This document shows, one piece after another, positions 1 through 13,402 of a stretch of 64,000 bases of DNA; positions within the stretch are counted from its first letter, which is position 1; each line of letters opens with the position of its first letter. This DNA comes from Octopus sinensis (Eukaryota). The position numbers and the translations under genes are program-made. The DNA lies in contig NC_042998.1 of assembly GCF_006345805.1 (NCBI RefSeq), positions 69,626,001-69,690,000 on the forward strand, written 5' to 3'. The notes under the pieces are model-generated. The model ran no database searches and was not told the origin of the DNA. It worked only from the letters and a program-made list of their open reading frames with translations.

Positions 1-355
1 GAGTGTACTCAGTGCCTTTTTAGATGACACTGGTATGAATATTTTATATGTGGAACCAGCAGAGGTGCTTTGTGAATTACAGTTAATGCCTCGATACATA
101 TCTGTGAATGTATACTTGTTTGTGCATAGCTCAATCAAGAATTCAAAATGAACACTCAAAGTGTATATATTATTATCAAATATCATGTACTAAACATTTC
201 TCAGACATGGCTGTGTGGAAAGAAGTTTGCTTCCCAACTACATGGTTCCAGGTTCAGTCCCACTGTATGGTATCTTGGGCAACTGAAAGAAACCTGTTAT
301 ATATATATATATATATTCGTCACTAATTGTGCCTGAGGGTACTGAGAGCACCTAT

Positions 356-559
356 ATTGCAAGAAATGAGTTAAAACTTTTAAAGCACATTTGTATATAC
401 TGACATGGAAGTAATGGGGTGACACTGCTGATGTGTCCCAAAGTAAAGAATGAAACTGGCCCAAAGTTTCTAGCTTTGCTCATGGGGTGGTTATCACCCA
501 GTATATACAAATGTGCTCTTCACACAGTTTTAAGAGTTTTAACACTTCTTTATTGCAAT
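356..559. repeat. Inverted repeat enclosing a decayed hammerhead-like motif
   Basis: GCACATTTGTATATACTG (385-402) is the perfect reverse complement of 499-516, with looser outer arms. CTGATG.GTCC...GAAACTGGCC lies at 428-461. Confidence 0.6.
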
Positions 560-746
560 GTAGGTGTTCTCATCCACAATAAATGAAGATTAAAATTTTC
601 CTCTATGATTTTTATATTGTGTCTAGCTGCTATTATTAATTTACACGCACATACACACACACACACACACACATGTATTATATCATATACTTTTTATTAA
701 AGCTGAAAATCTTTCTGAAACTGGAAGAAGTGTGTGTATGTATATA

Positions 747-807
<61 letters not shown>

Positions 808-1289
808 TGTGTGTGTGTGTATATATATAATTAAAATCGAAAAAATCTTTTTCGATTTTGATAAAACGCGTATTACTCTACTTTTCGTATTTGAGTACTA
901 CTTTTCCATCTTGTGTTTCATTAATGTGCTTACTGGTTTGTGTGTGTGTTCTATGTTGGTTTCTCCTTGTCTCTTGATATTGCATGGTAGTTGTAAAATG
1001 ATTGTCACTGCTATACAAGCGCGAACATGTATGGTAATGGGGAAATATTACCTTGCGAGCATGGAAAAATGGACGTTAAAAGGATGATGATGTTGAATTT
1101 TCATTGATCATCTTCACTGTCATTCCATTCAAATACTACTTTAGCTCTTTAAATATCATTTGGTCAGTTAGTTAAAAAGTTAGCAAAGCCATACTCAGGA
1201 TTGATTTTAAAGGAGTAGTAACTGTAACAAAAGTTCTTCCTAAGTTCATAAAATTATAAAACAGAGGAAACAAGAGGCAAAGACCATCA

Positions 1290-1900
1290 ATTCTGCCTTA
1301 CTTGCAGACATCAAGAGACAGAAGTGTAATATCATGTATATCGCAGTACATAGGCCTCAATACAAGCAGCAGAGAGAAGGAAACTTCACCCTCGCTAAAA
1401 AGACAAACAAAAGAACCTTATCAAGCATACCTCAATAATGTTATAACAAAATCTTGATAGAAAGATAAAACTTGGAAAGTTGTGTTTTTAATACAGCATA
1501 TATATAAAAAAAAGGTGTTAGTACTGTGCATGGTCGTAGGAACGTGATAATTTAGGAACACTTGGCCTTTAGTGTGCATCCATCGATCTCGGATGCAGGA
1601 AATGCATATCAAACAACCTTCTCACTACTAGAAACTTACCACTTCCTCAAAGTGTAGACATTGCTGATAGCGAATAAATAATGTAAGAGAATTATTTTGA
1701 GTATGTGACAATAATTAAGCTTTGATTAGCGTTAAATAATGTAGACAATGGGACTATCATATCTACATATGCACCGTTATCAGAACTGATGGATAAACAA
1801 AACAACCATTTCAGCGAACTTGTTATGGAATAGCTGCCATACTGTTGCTTAAGATGTTCATTTGTCAGAATCCATGCAAATACAGCACAACTAATTAGAA
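1290..1900 (+). mobile_element. Very decayed APE-endonuclease-like LINE remnant
   Basis: TIISTYAPLSE...HFSEL at about 1750-1825 resembles the APE 'IISAYAP' motif; the rest is heavily disrupted. Confidence 0.3.
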
Positions 1901-2803
1901 AGAGAAGAAACTTTGATGAGTTGCAGTTTTAGGTTGTACCAAAACGGTGTATCACCGATGTCCTTCCTTTTCCTAGTAAGGCAGCGACTGACTCAGAGAA
2001 AGCTTTGACAGACTGCTTTGCTGTATAGTCTGATGGCCGTCTATAAAACTAAGTGTAGATGAATGATGTGTAAGAACAATACAAGCCTTGTACAGAGGTG
2101 CCGCCAGAAAGGTGAAACTTTTTAACGAGTTCAGTGACGAACTTAGCGTGCAGTTACGTATCCACCAGGCATTGTCTCTCGTCCCCTTCTGTTTATTATA
2201 GTTCTCCAGGCACTAAAAGAAGAGTTTAAAAATAGCTGTTCGTCTACACTTCTGTGTACCGATTATTTAGTTCTCATACGGAGCTGAATTTATCGAAGAT
2301 TTAGGAAGGAAATTGTTAGCGTGGAAGGAAAACAAAGTGTTAATGTATAGAAGAAAAAAACGATGAAAATCTATGAATAAGACTCGAGAGGCCTCAAAGT
2401 AAACCTAGCAAATACAAAACTTTTAACAGGAACAAAGACCATGACCATAATGCAATTGGGGAAGTGGCCTTCCTCAGTATGCATAGAAGGGGCAGGAAGG
2501 AATCCTGTGCGGTATAATCGATGTAAGCAATGGACACACACAGTTCATGTGATTTGTTAAGGGGAAGGCTGAACAGAGAGATTTTGTATGTTAAGTGTTG
2601 CTTAAGATGTTCATTTGTCACAAACCTTATAATAGAACCGCCTGCTGTTGCTCGTCAAAAAGAACAGAAATCATTAATAATTACAGGATTAACTCCAAAA
2701 ACAGAATTCCACCTTGCTAATTCTTGTAAAAAAAGGAACGGATGATATCGATAACACTGCTAACCGTGTGATTAACTGGTAACTGTTAAACAGAGCTGTT
2801 TGT

Positions 2804-3034
2804 GGCGGCGAGCTGGCAGAAACGTTAGCACGCCGGGCGAAATGCTTAACGGTATTTCGTCTGTCGTTACGTTCTGAGTTCAAATTCTGCCGAGGTCGAC
2901 TTTACCTTTCATCCTTTCGGGGTCGATAAATTAAGTACCAGTTACGCACTGGGGTCGATATAATCGACTTAATACCTATGTCTGTCTTTGTCCCCTCTGT
3001 GTTTAGCCCCTTGTGGGTAATAAAGAAATAGGTA
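2804..3034 (+). mobile_element. tRNA-derived SINE, family A (3' end ...GTGGGTARTAAAGAAATAGGTAT)
   Basis: A-box-like TGGCAGAAACGTTAG, B box GAGTTCAAATT, central GCCGAGGTCGACTTTGCCTTTCATCCTTTCGGGGTCGATAAA domain; many homologous copies in the window. Confidence 0.9.
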
Positions 3035-3251
3035 CATGTTAAAAAAGGGAGAACGTCATGACAGCACCACCAGCAAGACTGTTTGCCATTATCAGTAAAT
3101 ATGAAGGAACCTTGTCGACAACATTACCTATCACGTGACCATTCCTCTGACCAACTACTTTACCCGCTACACGATCAATTAAGAAGCACTCAACACTTCA
3201 AAGAAAGCCTAGCAACTTTTTCTATTTCATTATTTCAGACTCACCAAACGT

Positions 3252-3470
3252 GGCATCGAGCTGGCAGAATCCTTAGCACGCCGGACAAAATATTTAGTGG
3301 GATTCCGTTCGTCTTTAAGTTCTGAGTTCAAATTCCGCTGAGGCTGATTTTGCCTTTCATCCATTCGGAGACAATAAAATAAGTACCAGGCAAGCACTGG
3401 TACTTATTTTAATCGACTAGTCACCTCACATCAAAAGTTCAGGCCTTGTGCCCATAGTAGAAAGAACTAT
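3252..3470 (+). mobile_element. SINE family C (same head and central domain as A, tail ...GGCCTTGTGCC..TAGAAAG)
   Basis: Other family C copies: 8181-8357(-), 13409-13565(+), 18506-18694(-), 31988-32177(-), 39484-39698(+), 40253-40610(-, two partial copies), 45604-45808(-), 47608-47717(-), 54637-54836(-). Confidence 0.85.
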
Positions 3471-3860
3471 TTCAGACTCGCCAATAAATACGCTCAAGTT
3501 ACGCCAACCACATGAAGCCTTTATGTACGAGGAAATAATGCGGTTCACCATCACACAATTATGTATGTGTATATATATATATACACACACAAAACAAAAA
3601 ATGGAACAAGAACGTAACAGGCGACAACAAAACATTCGGACATATAGACGATACAAAAAAAAAGACAGGAAAAAACAAGGACGGGTTATTCGGAGCTTTC
3701 AGTCTTCAGTCGAGTACCAGATCGTCTTTGCAGTTTCGGCCGGTTACTCTCGAGACCGCTCTAATCTGGTCGGCCTCAAGAAAATCTAAGCTAAGAGCAT
3801 TAGATTTTTTGGAAGAAAGCAAGGGAATGTATACGAAAACAAGGACGAAAAACCCCGTAG

Positions 3861-4508
3861 TTCGCCTTCGGCCCAGTGCGTCCATGCTGCCAACAAAGCA
3901 CGCGGAATTCTGTTCTTGATTCGACGGTCATCCGGAATGCTCACAGCAGCCATATTCCTACCACTCTATGTCACGCTGGTGAGACCCATATTGGAGTATG
4001 GGATTCAAGCCTCTTCTCCTTATCTCCTCAAAGACATACAGCATCTCGAAAGAGTCCAGAAGCTGGCTACCCGCATGGTTCATGGTCTCAAAAATTTGTC
4101 CTACGAAGAAAGGCTGAGGACGCTCGACCTTTATTCTCTTGAAAAACGCCGCCGCCGTAGTGATCTCATTCTCGCCCACAACATCATAAGCGGAAAGGGT
4201 AACCTCTCGAAAGAGCTGTTCTTCACTCCTGCTCCAGAGCGTCGGCTGCGGGGTCATTCCGAAAAGCTCTACCTGCGACGATTTCATCTCAATCGAAGGA
4301 GGGGAGCTTTCTCCGTCCGGGTTGCGGATCCGTGGAACAAGCTGCCAGACGAGATGGTAAAGATGCCGACGACCGCTTTGTTTAAAGCCTCCCTGGACCT
4401 CAAGTGGCCTGAACTCTTTACATGAACACCACCCTGTACTTAACTCCATGTCCCCCTACATGGCCTTGCTATTTGCTTTTGAGCCAAATTAACTAACTAA
4501 CTAACTAA
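3861..4508 (+). mobile_element. 5'-truncated CR1-clade LINE 3' end with (AACT)n tail
   Basis: Uninterrupted frame AANKARGILFLIRRS...LYVTLVRPILEY...LERVQKLATRM...LSYEERL..LDLYSLEKRRRRSDLI...RLRGH...WNKLP to the stop at 4425; short 3' UTR; AACT repeat at 4491-4508. Confidence 0.88.
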
Positions 4509-4883
4509 TTACAAATACAAACAACAGGACATTAATAACAGGTGTCTTTCGACTAAGAACGAAGTAAATTAAGCTGGTGTGTGTGGAAGTGAAGCCTTAC
4601 GGCAGGAACATATACATACATACATACAGATACATACACACACACACACACACACACTCGTGTGTGTGTGTGTGTGTGTGTGTTCTGTGACCCAACCAGT
4701 TGTAGAGTCCAACAAAATGAATTTCGGATTATAATACGAACCCCTCTCACAGTTTTCCTTTGCTTATAAAGGAAATGGAGTTTTATTTATTGGCTAATTG
4801 TCGTGCAATTTAAATCCAAACTGCTCCATATCCATACAATTATATACATGTATATGCTGTGTGTGTGTGTGTGTATGTATATA

Positions 4884-4926
<43 letters not shown>

Positions 4927-5739
4927 TATGAAGGATGTTGTGATGTCCAAGTTTGACAGCTGATCAATAAAATGTGTTTTGAGATATATCAATACTGACA
5001 TCGCTATAGAATCGGGATGGCCTTCCATCGTCTTGCATAGCAATTCTATGGATGTAGGTGTTTTGAAGACTAAGCACGGTAGGAATCGAACACGCAACTC
5101 TTTTCTCACGCTAAACAAACTTATTAGCGAGTGACTCAAGGGTTTCAGAAACCTTGAAAACATTCTCGACAACCAGGAAACGCCAACGACGAAGACAACG
5201 GTGGCGGCGGCGGTGACGACGATGGGTCGGCGGTGATGGTGACGACGACGATTAGTGCTAAGTCGTGTAGTTAGTTGATGCTCCAGAAGAGTTTCCTGGA
5301 TGAGCTGGCTTTTCTTCTTCGCTGCCTCCTCATTAACGAAACTCCATAGTGGATATAACTTCATGTTCACATGTAGCTTACGTGACGTTCACATTACAAA
5401 AGCAGTCCTTTTGACCTCAATCTCATCCCCTTCCTCTCATTCACTCTCCTCCCTGTCTCTCTCTCTCTCTCTCTGTACTGCTCCATCTCCTTTCTTTCCC
5501 TCCCTCCCTCCCTCCCTTCGTTGCTCCATCTCAATCTCTCAATCCCCCCTTCTTTCTCTCCACACTAATCCGTCTCCTCCCTTCGCCACCCCACACCCCT
5601 TTCCAATATGGTTCTGGATCATTCCAATTTAAATCATTAAAAATCAAAAATTAATATATTCTCTCCACCACCAAAACTACCACCACACTCCCATAAACTA
5701 CAACCATTACGACCACTACCGCCACTGACACTACTGCTG

Positions 5740-5775
<36 letters not shown>

Positions 5776-6350
5776 ACTACTACTACTACTACTACCACCG
5801 CCACCACTATTATTGCTTCAACAACCACCACCACCACCACTATAGTACTACTACTTCTGCTATTAGTACCACCACGACGATCACCACCACCACCACCACC
5901 ACCACCGCTACTACTACTGCTTCTACGACAACGACTACTACTACTACTACTACTAGCGCCACCATCACCAGCAGGCCACCATTACCATCGCCATCACCGC
6001 CGCCGCTACTACTATCTCCACCACCAACTTATTTTCTATCACTACCACTGTCACCATCACTCCAAAACTTCCACCACCACCACTATTAGTGTATAATAAT
6101 ACAACCACTGCAACCACTACTGTTACTACTACACTCCAGCCACTCGAACGGTACAGACCATATTATTTAGGTAATATTAAGGATCCGATAAAATTGGTGT
6201 TAGCAGTGGTAGTGTTGTTTGTTGTGGTGATGATGATGATAATAGTGATAGTGAAGATGGTGGGAGTGTTTGTGAAGATGATGTTTGTGGTGGTGGCAGC
6301 GTCGATGGTCGTGGAGTTGGTGGTAGCGGCGATAGTGGTATTAGCGGGTC

Positions 6351-6578
6351 GGCGAGCTGGCAGAACCGTTAGTACGTCGGGCGAAATACTTAGTGGTATT
6401 TCGTCTACCGTTGCGTTCTGAGTTCAAATTCCGCCGAGGTCAACTTTGCCTTTCATCCTTTCGGGGTCGATAAATTAAGTACCAGTTACGCACTGGGGTC
6501 GATGTAATCGACTTAATACCTATGTCTGTCCTTGTTTGTCCCCTCTGTGTTTAGCCCCTTGTGGATAATAAAGAAATA
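6351..6578 (+). mobile_element. SINE family A, full length, 16-bp TSD
   Basis: TSD GGTATTAGCGGGTCGG at 6337-6352 and 6579-6594. Confidence 0.93.
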
Positions 6579-6753
6579 GGTATTAGCGGGTCGGTGGTAG
6601 TGTTAATGTTGTTGTTGTTGTTTGTGATGGTTGTATTGGTAGTAGTAGAGGTAGTGATGGTGATAGCAGTGGTCACGTGTGTATTAATATATGTCTGATA
6701 AAAAAAATAGTAGATAATAAATCACAATGAATTAGTTTACCGTACGGAATGAA

Positions 6754-6790
6754 GTCTAACGTTTCGGACAATTGTCCTCCTTCAGTGAGA
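6754..6790 (-). ncRNA. Degenerate hammerhead motif
   Basis: Minus strand CTGAAGG-A-GGAC AATT GTCC-GAAAC-GTT. Stem II is perfect, A9 is G and stem I is poor. Confidence 0.35.
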
Positions 6791-7575
6791 GGGAGAAAGA
6801 GATTTTAATAACACTGCAATCCTTCTGCTGTTGATATTTTTGGTTATTTTCTTGCTCTCTGACCTGATTTTAGTTTCTCGGTCTGTAACATTTTAATCAT
6901 AATTTTGGTTCTGACTCATTCTTTTTGAATAGCCTGTACAGTGTGGTGGTAGTGGTGATGGTGTGTAGTTATGCTTCAGTGTGTTGTTGTTGTTAGTGGT
7001 GGTGATGACTGGGAGTGGTGGTAGTCGTCACGGTGGTGTCAGTGGCACCGGTAATCGAGTGGTGGTCGTGGTCGTCGTACTGGTAGCAGTGCTAATATTT
7101 CATAAAGGTAATGATGATGGTGAAGGGTGAAGTTACGGGGAAACATCATCAACGGATGTACAGATTAGGATGGGAGGTTTTACTTGAGCTGTTTTAATTA
7201 AATGACAACAACGACGACGACAACAGCAACAACAACAACAACAACAACAACAGGTACAGCAACAGCGACTAAAACAACAGCAACAAGTATAGGAACAATA
7301 ACTACAGTTTCAGCAATAACAAATATAACTTAACTACAAAAGCAAGAAAAAAAAGAAAAAAATAGGAACAACGACAAATACGATAAAAATAAGCAAAAAC
7401 TACAACTATTCGCAGCAACTACAGCAATTGATACAGCGACAACAACAACAACAACAGCAGCAACAACACTGGTAACTACAGAAGTATAAAAACTACAACA
7501 GTAGCAGCAGCAGCAGTAACAACAGTAACTACACTGACTATAAAAGCAAAAACAGCAACAACAAATACTACAACT

Positions 7576-7602
7576 ACTACTACTACTACCACCACCACCA
7601 TA

Positions 7603-7696
<94 letters not shown>

Positions 7697-7700
7697 TTAC
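7576..7700. repeat. (ACT)n microsatellite (others at 5740-5795, 10640-10706, 27545-27610, 54598-54635)
   Basis: Seen directly. Confidence 0.95.
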
Positions 7701-9074
7701 TACTATTGTAACTACAGCAACAGCAATAAGATCAGGAACCAAACGACCACTGTGACAGTAAATATGGTGATGATTTGGTCGAAAGTATTCAGTCAGTGAC
7801 CATCCAGTTATTTTTCGTTTCACAGTGTACCTTGGACTACACTATTCAATGTGTCCTTCCTTTTTCTTTTTATATAAAGATGTTGTTTCTATCAGGTACA
7901 GTGATCATCCAGGGGCTCCCTCATTGACTAATGGCAGTGATAGTGTTGGTGATAATGACGGTGGTATTGGTAGTAATCTTAGTGACGGGAATAAGTGATA
8001 TGATATTTGTAATGTAGAGGTGACGCTTAGAGTTTGGTGGTGACAATAGTGTAGTGGTGGTGGTTGTTACAGTGCGTGGTTATTCTAGTGTTGTAGTAGT
8101 GGTTATAGTTGCCTGTGTTTGCTGGAGTTTCTTGTAGCAACAAACTGTCCCTCACATGTTCAAATGATCTTTTAAATTTTGACACAAAGCTAACGAGTTC
8201 GGGGGAGTGGGTAAGTCAATTACATCGACCCCAGTGATCAATTGGTACTTATTTTATCGACCCTGAAAGGATGAAAGGTAAAGTCGACCTCGGCGGAATT
8301 TGAACCCAGAACATAAAGACGGACGAAATGCCGCTAAGCATTTTTTCCGACGTGCTAAATGGATGGTCTTTCATATTGAATGTTGTTTCATTGTGGTCTC
8401 TGGGTGTTACCTGTCTACAATGTAGGATGTTTTACAGTTTGTTGTGGAGAGATTAGGGACCAGAAAGGCCGACCATAATCCATCCTGGGTCTTTTTATTA
8501 GTTAATCCCTGGAAGATGTACAAGTTTCTCTTTATGTCTGGTAAGTTTTATTTAGGTTTCGTGCTAAGGATGTGCATTTAGATTGCATTTAGGTAGTGTT
8601 GGATTTAGGTTTTTAGGTTGTCTGTTTTAGGCAGTGTGCTTGAATTGCATTTAGACTATGTATTTAGGTTGCCTAAACACAATCTAAACACTACCAAAAC
8701 GGCTAGCCTGTTTTTATGTTGCGTTTAGGTTTCGGATTTAGGTACTGTTTATAAGCTTAGGCAATGTTTGTGTGTTTATGTAGTATTTTGGTTTCGTATT
8801 TAGGTAAGGTTTAGATTGCGTCTTTATATTGTGTTTAGGCAGTGTTTAAGCTTGTTTAGTCTGTGTTTAGGTTGTACGTTTGGGTATTGTTTAAGCTGCG
8901 TTAGGTAGTGTTTATATTGTGCATTTGTGTGTTCAAAAATGTTTAGACTGTGTTTAACATTTATAGTTATATCACTATATAGTTTAGTAAAAATATAATT
9001 ATATATAAGTTAAGTAATAGCTATAGTTATTAAGGGATAATTTCAACAGCATTCCTTTTCTTTTCAGATAATGA

Positions 9075-9360
9075 AATCTAGTAGACTATTCTTCTCCACA
9101 TTGAGAGGTCATAGCTCCGCTACTGCGGACATGTTATTAGATTGTTATAAGAAAGAATCGCAAGACCGACTCTTCAAGCCGAGCTGATCGGCAGGTGATC
9201 TTCTGGCAGCCCGAGAACGAGATGGTGGGATAATATCCATTGGTCTCGCCCGAGAATCTATTTGGAAGATTTGATGACAGTTGCTTCTGATAATACTTTA
9301 TGTAGGAGGTGCATGAAGATTCCATCACCACAGCCCTCGCAAGACTAGTGGGCGGAGAAG
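9075..9360 (+). mobile_element. RTE-like LINE 3' remnant
   Basis: LHIERS.LRYCGHVIR...RIARPTL...G.SSGSPRTRWWDNI matches the RTE C-terminal GHVxR / GRPRTRW motifs. Confidence 0.6.
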
Positions 9361-10258
9361 ATGGATGGATAGATCATATTTGATGGAGTGCTACAGTTCC
9401 GCGTTTTGGCTTGTTGGACACTTTTTCAAAAGATTAATATTAAGCTGTGGAATGTTGGAAGACTCTACTGATAGTTACAAACTTGTTACCAGTTCAAATA
9501 TGCTTGAGGCTCGCAGTACCACCTGCCCAGACTGTAAGTTGCATTGCATTTCGCAGTAGTTATCTCCCCTTCAGCCACAGAACCCAGAGAGGACGGCGCT
9601 GCAAGCTGACTAGCGACCGTATCTCTCTTATGACATTCCCGACATCATTCAATGACCGGTAGCGCTAATTGGCGGCTCACCGTAAATAAGGGTGACACTG
9701 CGAACTAATTCAACGTATTCACACCCATTTGTCAACAGTGAGAAATGTTCTGCATGGCAAAACATCGTGAAAACTTTCTTACGGGCTCGAATATGCATTT
9801 GAACTGGTAACAAGTTTGCATTTGTACACATCACAACTTAGCGCTGATATCCCGTATTATAGTCTATTGACAGTACTTCTTGGACAAAGGTTTAATAAGT
9901 TTTGTGATGTGTAAGGTAGACGGAAGGTTAGAAAGTGTACGATATATACTGAATGGTTGCAGTTGACTTTCAATCCAGAATCATTCTCGCGGCATGGCCA
10001 GTTTCTTATTCAAGTTGTCGGTTTAATCGCGGGATGAAAAACAAAACCCATCAAAGGGCGGAGGAATTCTTGAGAGTCAACGACCATCTAATAAATGTCT
10101 TAAGACTGTATCATGCGCAGGGACATAGAAATAATCGGACTGAATACCCGATCGCGCGGTTAAACCATTAGGAGGGTCACTTCCTCTGAGACAGGGAATC
10201 AGTCGAAATTAAAACCATGAGTAAGGTGTATAAATACTGTACTCCTTGTTTCAGAGAT

Positions 10259-10486
10259 GCTGGCAGAAACATTAGCACGCCGGGAGAAATGCTTAGCGGT
10301 ATTTCGTCTGCCGTAACGTTCTGAGTTCAAATTCCGCCGAGGTCGACTTTGCCTTTCATCCTTTCGGGGTCGATTAAATAAGTACCAGTTACGCACTGGG
10401 GTCGATATAATCGACTTAATCCGTTTGTCTGTCCTTGTTTGTCCTCTCTGTGTTTGGCCCCTTGTGGGTAGTTAAGAAATAGGTAT
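10259..10486 (+). mobile_element. SINE family A
   Basis: Same head, central domain and tail as 6351-6578. Confidence 0.9.
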
Positions 10487-10639
10487 CAAGTCTCTTAAGC
10501 GAAACAGATATTCGAAGATGTAAATTATTCTTATCAGCCATATGTGGATCCAGAACAATGATGAGTATACAGTCTGGGATAGATGTGAAGTGACCATACA
10601 CATTTATGTGACGATTGATCGAATACCACCCCACCCCAT

Positions 10640-10709
<70 letters not shown>

Positions 10710-11261
10710 TGCAACGTGAATTAGTATCGCTTCCCTTACTGTTTCTTGATCTCGTCCAGAAAACTCTTAATCATCTTCTGAACCGATAGGAGCCTGTTTA
10801 ATCATGGGACAAGCCTTGCCGTGACCTCTCTTGGTGGAAGGAGGGAACTTCTACATAATTCTTTTGCGTTCAATATTTAATTTCCGCCATTCAATCCCAT
10901 CAACATTTAGCTACACTTCCTGTTGATTACATTGATAGTGTCCTGTTTACGGAGGTGGACATAAATACATACGTGCACCCTACCCTTCCCACGTGTCTCT
11001 CTTTCCCTCAACAATGCACCAAAGCATGTCTCAATATCAACACACACATACACACACACAAACACACACACAAACACACACACACATACACACACACATA
11101 CACATACACAGAGGCACACACGTAGACACATTCAAACATACACGCACGCACAATATAAATATATATTTATACGTATATATACATACATTCATACACAGGT
11201 ATGTTTGTGTGTGTATAAATATATAAACGTATACCGCACACATACATATACATACACACAT

Positions 11262-11309
<48 letters not shown>

Positions 11310-11330
11310 ATTTCTTTATTTCTTTATATA

Positions 11331-11374
<44 letters not shown>

Positions 11375-11610
11375 TATACATACTTGCACACACCAGAGTA
11401 AGCACATAAATGTGAAACAAGATGGAAAAAATTGTACTCGGAAGTAGAGTAATATACTTTATTAATAAAGCTGCAAAAACATCTCAAAACTGTTACTCGG
11501 AGTTCTACGTTCCCGATGAACGGGAACGGGAAACTCTGAGTGATGACTTTTGTGATGACTTCTGCAACGAGACCGATAGAATAAGTACTAGGCTTACAAA
11601 GAATAAGTCC

Positions 11611-11791
11611 TGGCTAAGCGAGCAGGCCAACAGAAGAAAGATTGGTGAAAGAGTACAGTAGGGATCACCCCCCCTGCCGGAGCCTCGTGGAGCTTTAGGT
11701 GTTTTCGCTCAATAAACACTCATAACACCCGGCCTGGGAATCGAAACCGCGATCCTACGACCGCGAGTCCGCTGCCCTAACCACTGGGCCA
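11611..11791 (-). mobile_element. tRNA-Arg-like SINE (octopus OR-type)
   Basis: Sense GGCCCAGTGGTTAGGGCAGCGGACTCGCGGTCGTAGGATCGCGGTTTCGATTCCC with a TCG anticodon-like loop. Fused at CTGG to an opposite-strand family B tail fragment (11565-11613). Confidence 0.8.
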
Positions 11792-11959
11792 TTATATATA
11801 TATATATACATGTTATATGTAATTTTATTGTAAATTTATTAAATATTATTTTTAAGAGTATTATTATTTTCGTATAAAAACCACAATTTGTTTAAAATAA
11901 AATAAAAATTGATTGCATCTATATACATACAAATTAAAATCCAGAAAATAGAGAAGTAG

Positions 11960-12482
11960 CGTTAACATAATTTATTAACTGCAAAAATTCAACATGTTTG
12001 CTTACAGCTGTTTCGATTTTGCCCAAAAGAATTAAATCTAGTTCTATATTTTAGAGATGAGGAATTATGTTCATTATTTACATTATTTACATTTAATGGA
12101 TATTTGTCCTCATCTTGTTTATTGTTCATACAATGTTTCGGCTGATAGACTCTCCAGCCGAAACATTGTGTTAACAACAAACAAGATGAGTACAAATATC
12201 CGTCAAATGCAAATAATTTAGAATTAAATCTGTTGAAATGTTTTAGAAAAATAAAATGTAATAACCTAATGATATCTATTTTTTACTCTGACGAGGTTCA
12301 GTCTATTGAGATGTTTTGGAAGAAGAACATGTATTTACCTAACGATATGTCTTTTTTACTCCCCTGACGAGATTTTGCTCAATAAAATGTTTTAATTATT
12401 GGAATTTAATTCTTTTGGACAAAAGCGAAACAATTGTAAGTCAACATGTTGAATGTTTGCAGTTAATAAATTATATTAACGT
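11960..12482. repeat. Nested inverted repeats (outer arms 11960-12038 / 12403-12482, inner palindrome 12086-12214)
   Basis: Direct reverse-complement matching by eye. The inner arms belong to the same family as 30701-31078. Confidence 0.8.
12354..12441 (+). ncRNA. Degenerate hammerhead motif with extended stem II
   Basis: CTGACGA (12364-12370), G.TTTTG...CAAAA.C stem, GAAAC-AATT-GTA (12427-12438). A tandem partial copy, TTTTACTCTGACGA, lies at 12281-12294. Confidence 0.5.
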
Positions 12483-13168
12483 TACCTCTCCATTTTTAAA
12501 ATTTTAATTTGAATATTTATAAACCAAGGTATATATTTAAACCTATTATTTTAAGAATATTATTATTCATAACATCCATCCATTCGTCTATCCACCCATG
12601 TATGTATGTATGTATGTATGTATGTATGTATGTATGTATCTATCGATCTATCTATCTATCTATCTATCTTCTATCTTTCTATCTTTCTATACGCATGTAA
12701 TATTAATGCAATTGGCAGTGTCGCCATTTTAAAATTTGTTTGTCCGTCCTATGAAGGGAGACAACTTTCATAGTATTGGATTTATTCCTTTTACTATACA
12801 GTACCTACCGTGTTACCGTCATATGATGCCCTATATTAATGTTAGGTATATAATTTTGGAACTGTGGTCCTTATCACCTAAAGCTCTATGAAAAATTAAT
12901 TTGTAGTTAAACAGAATTATTGATATTTAAATCATATTTTTATTGGAAATATAGAAAAATTAAAAATTGTTATATGTAATTTTATTGTAAATTTATTAAA
13001 TATTATTTTTAAGAGTAGTTTTCATATCATTATTTTCGTATAAAAACCGCAGTATTTGTTTAAAATAAAATAAAAATTGATTGGATCTATATAATATTAC
13101 CTGATATTACCTACTCTTATCATTATGGGTCATAGGACAGGTAATACATTAGTGTACGTAGAATATGT

Positions 13169-13223
<55 letters not shown>

Positions 13224-13264
13224 ATATGTATGTATACATATGTATGTATCTGTCTGTCTGTCTG

Positions 13265-13402
<138 letters not shown>

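Noticed and set aside
11720-11791. tRNA-Arg-like sequence as a real tRNA gene
   Set aside because: The acceptor and T stems are imperfect, and it runs directly into a SINE body.
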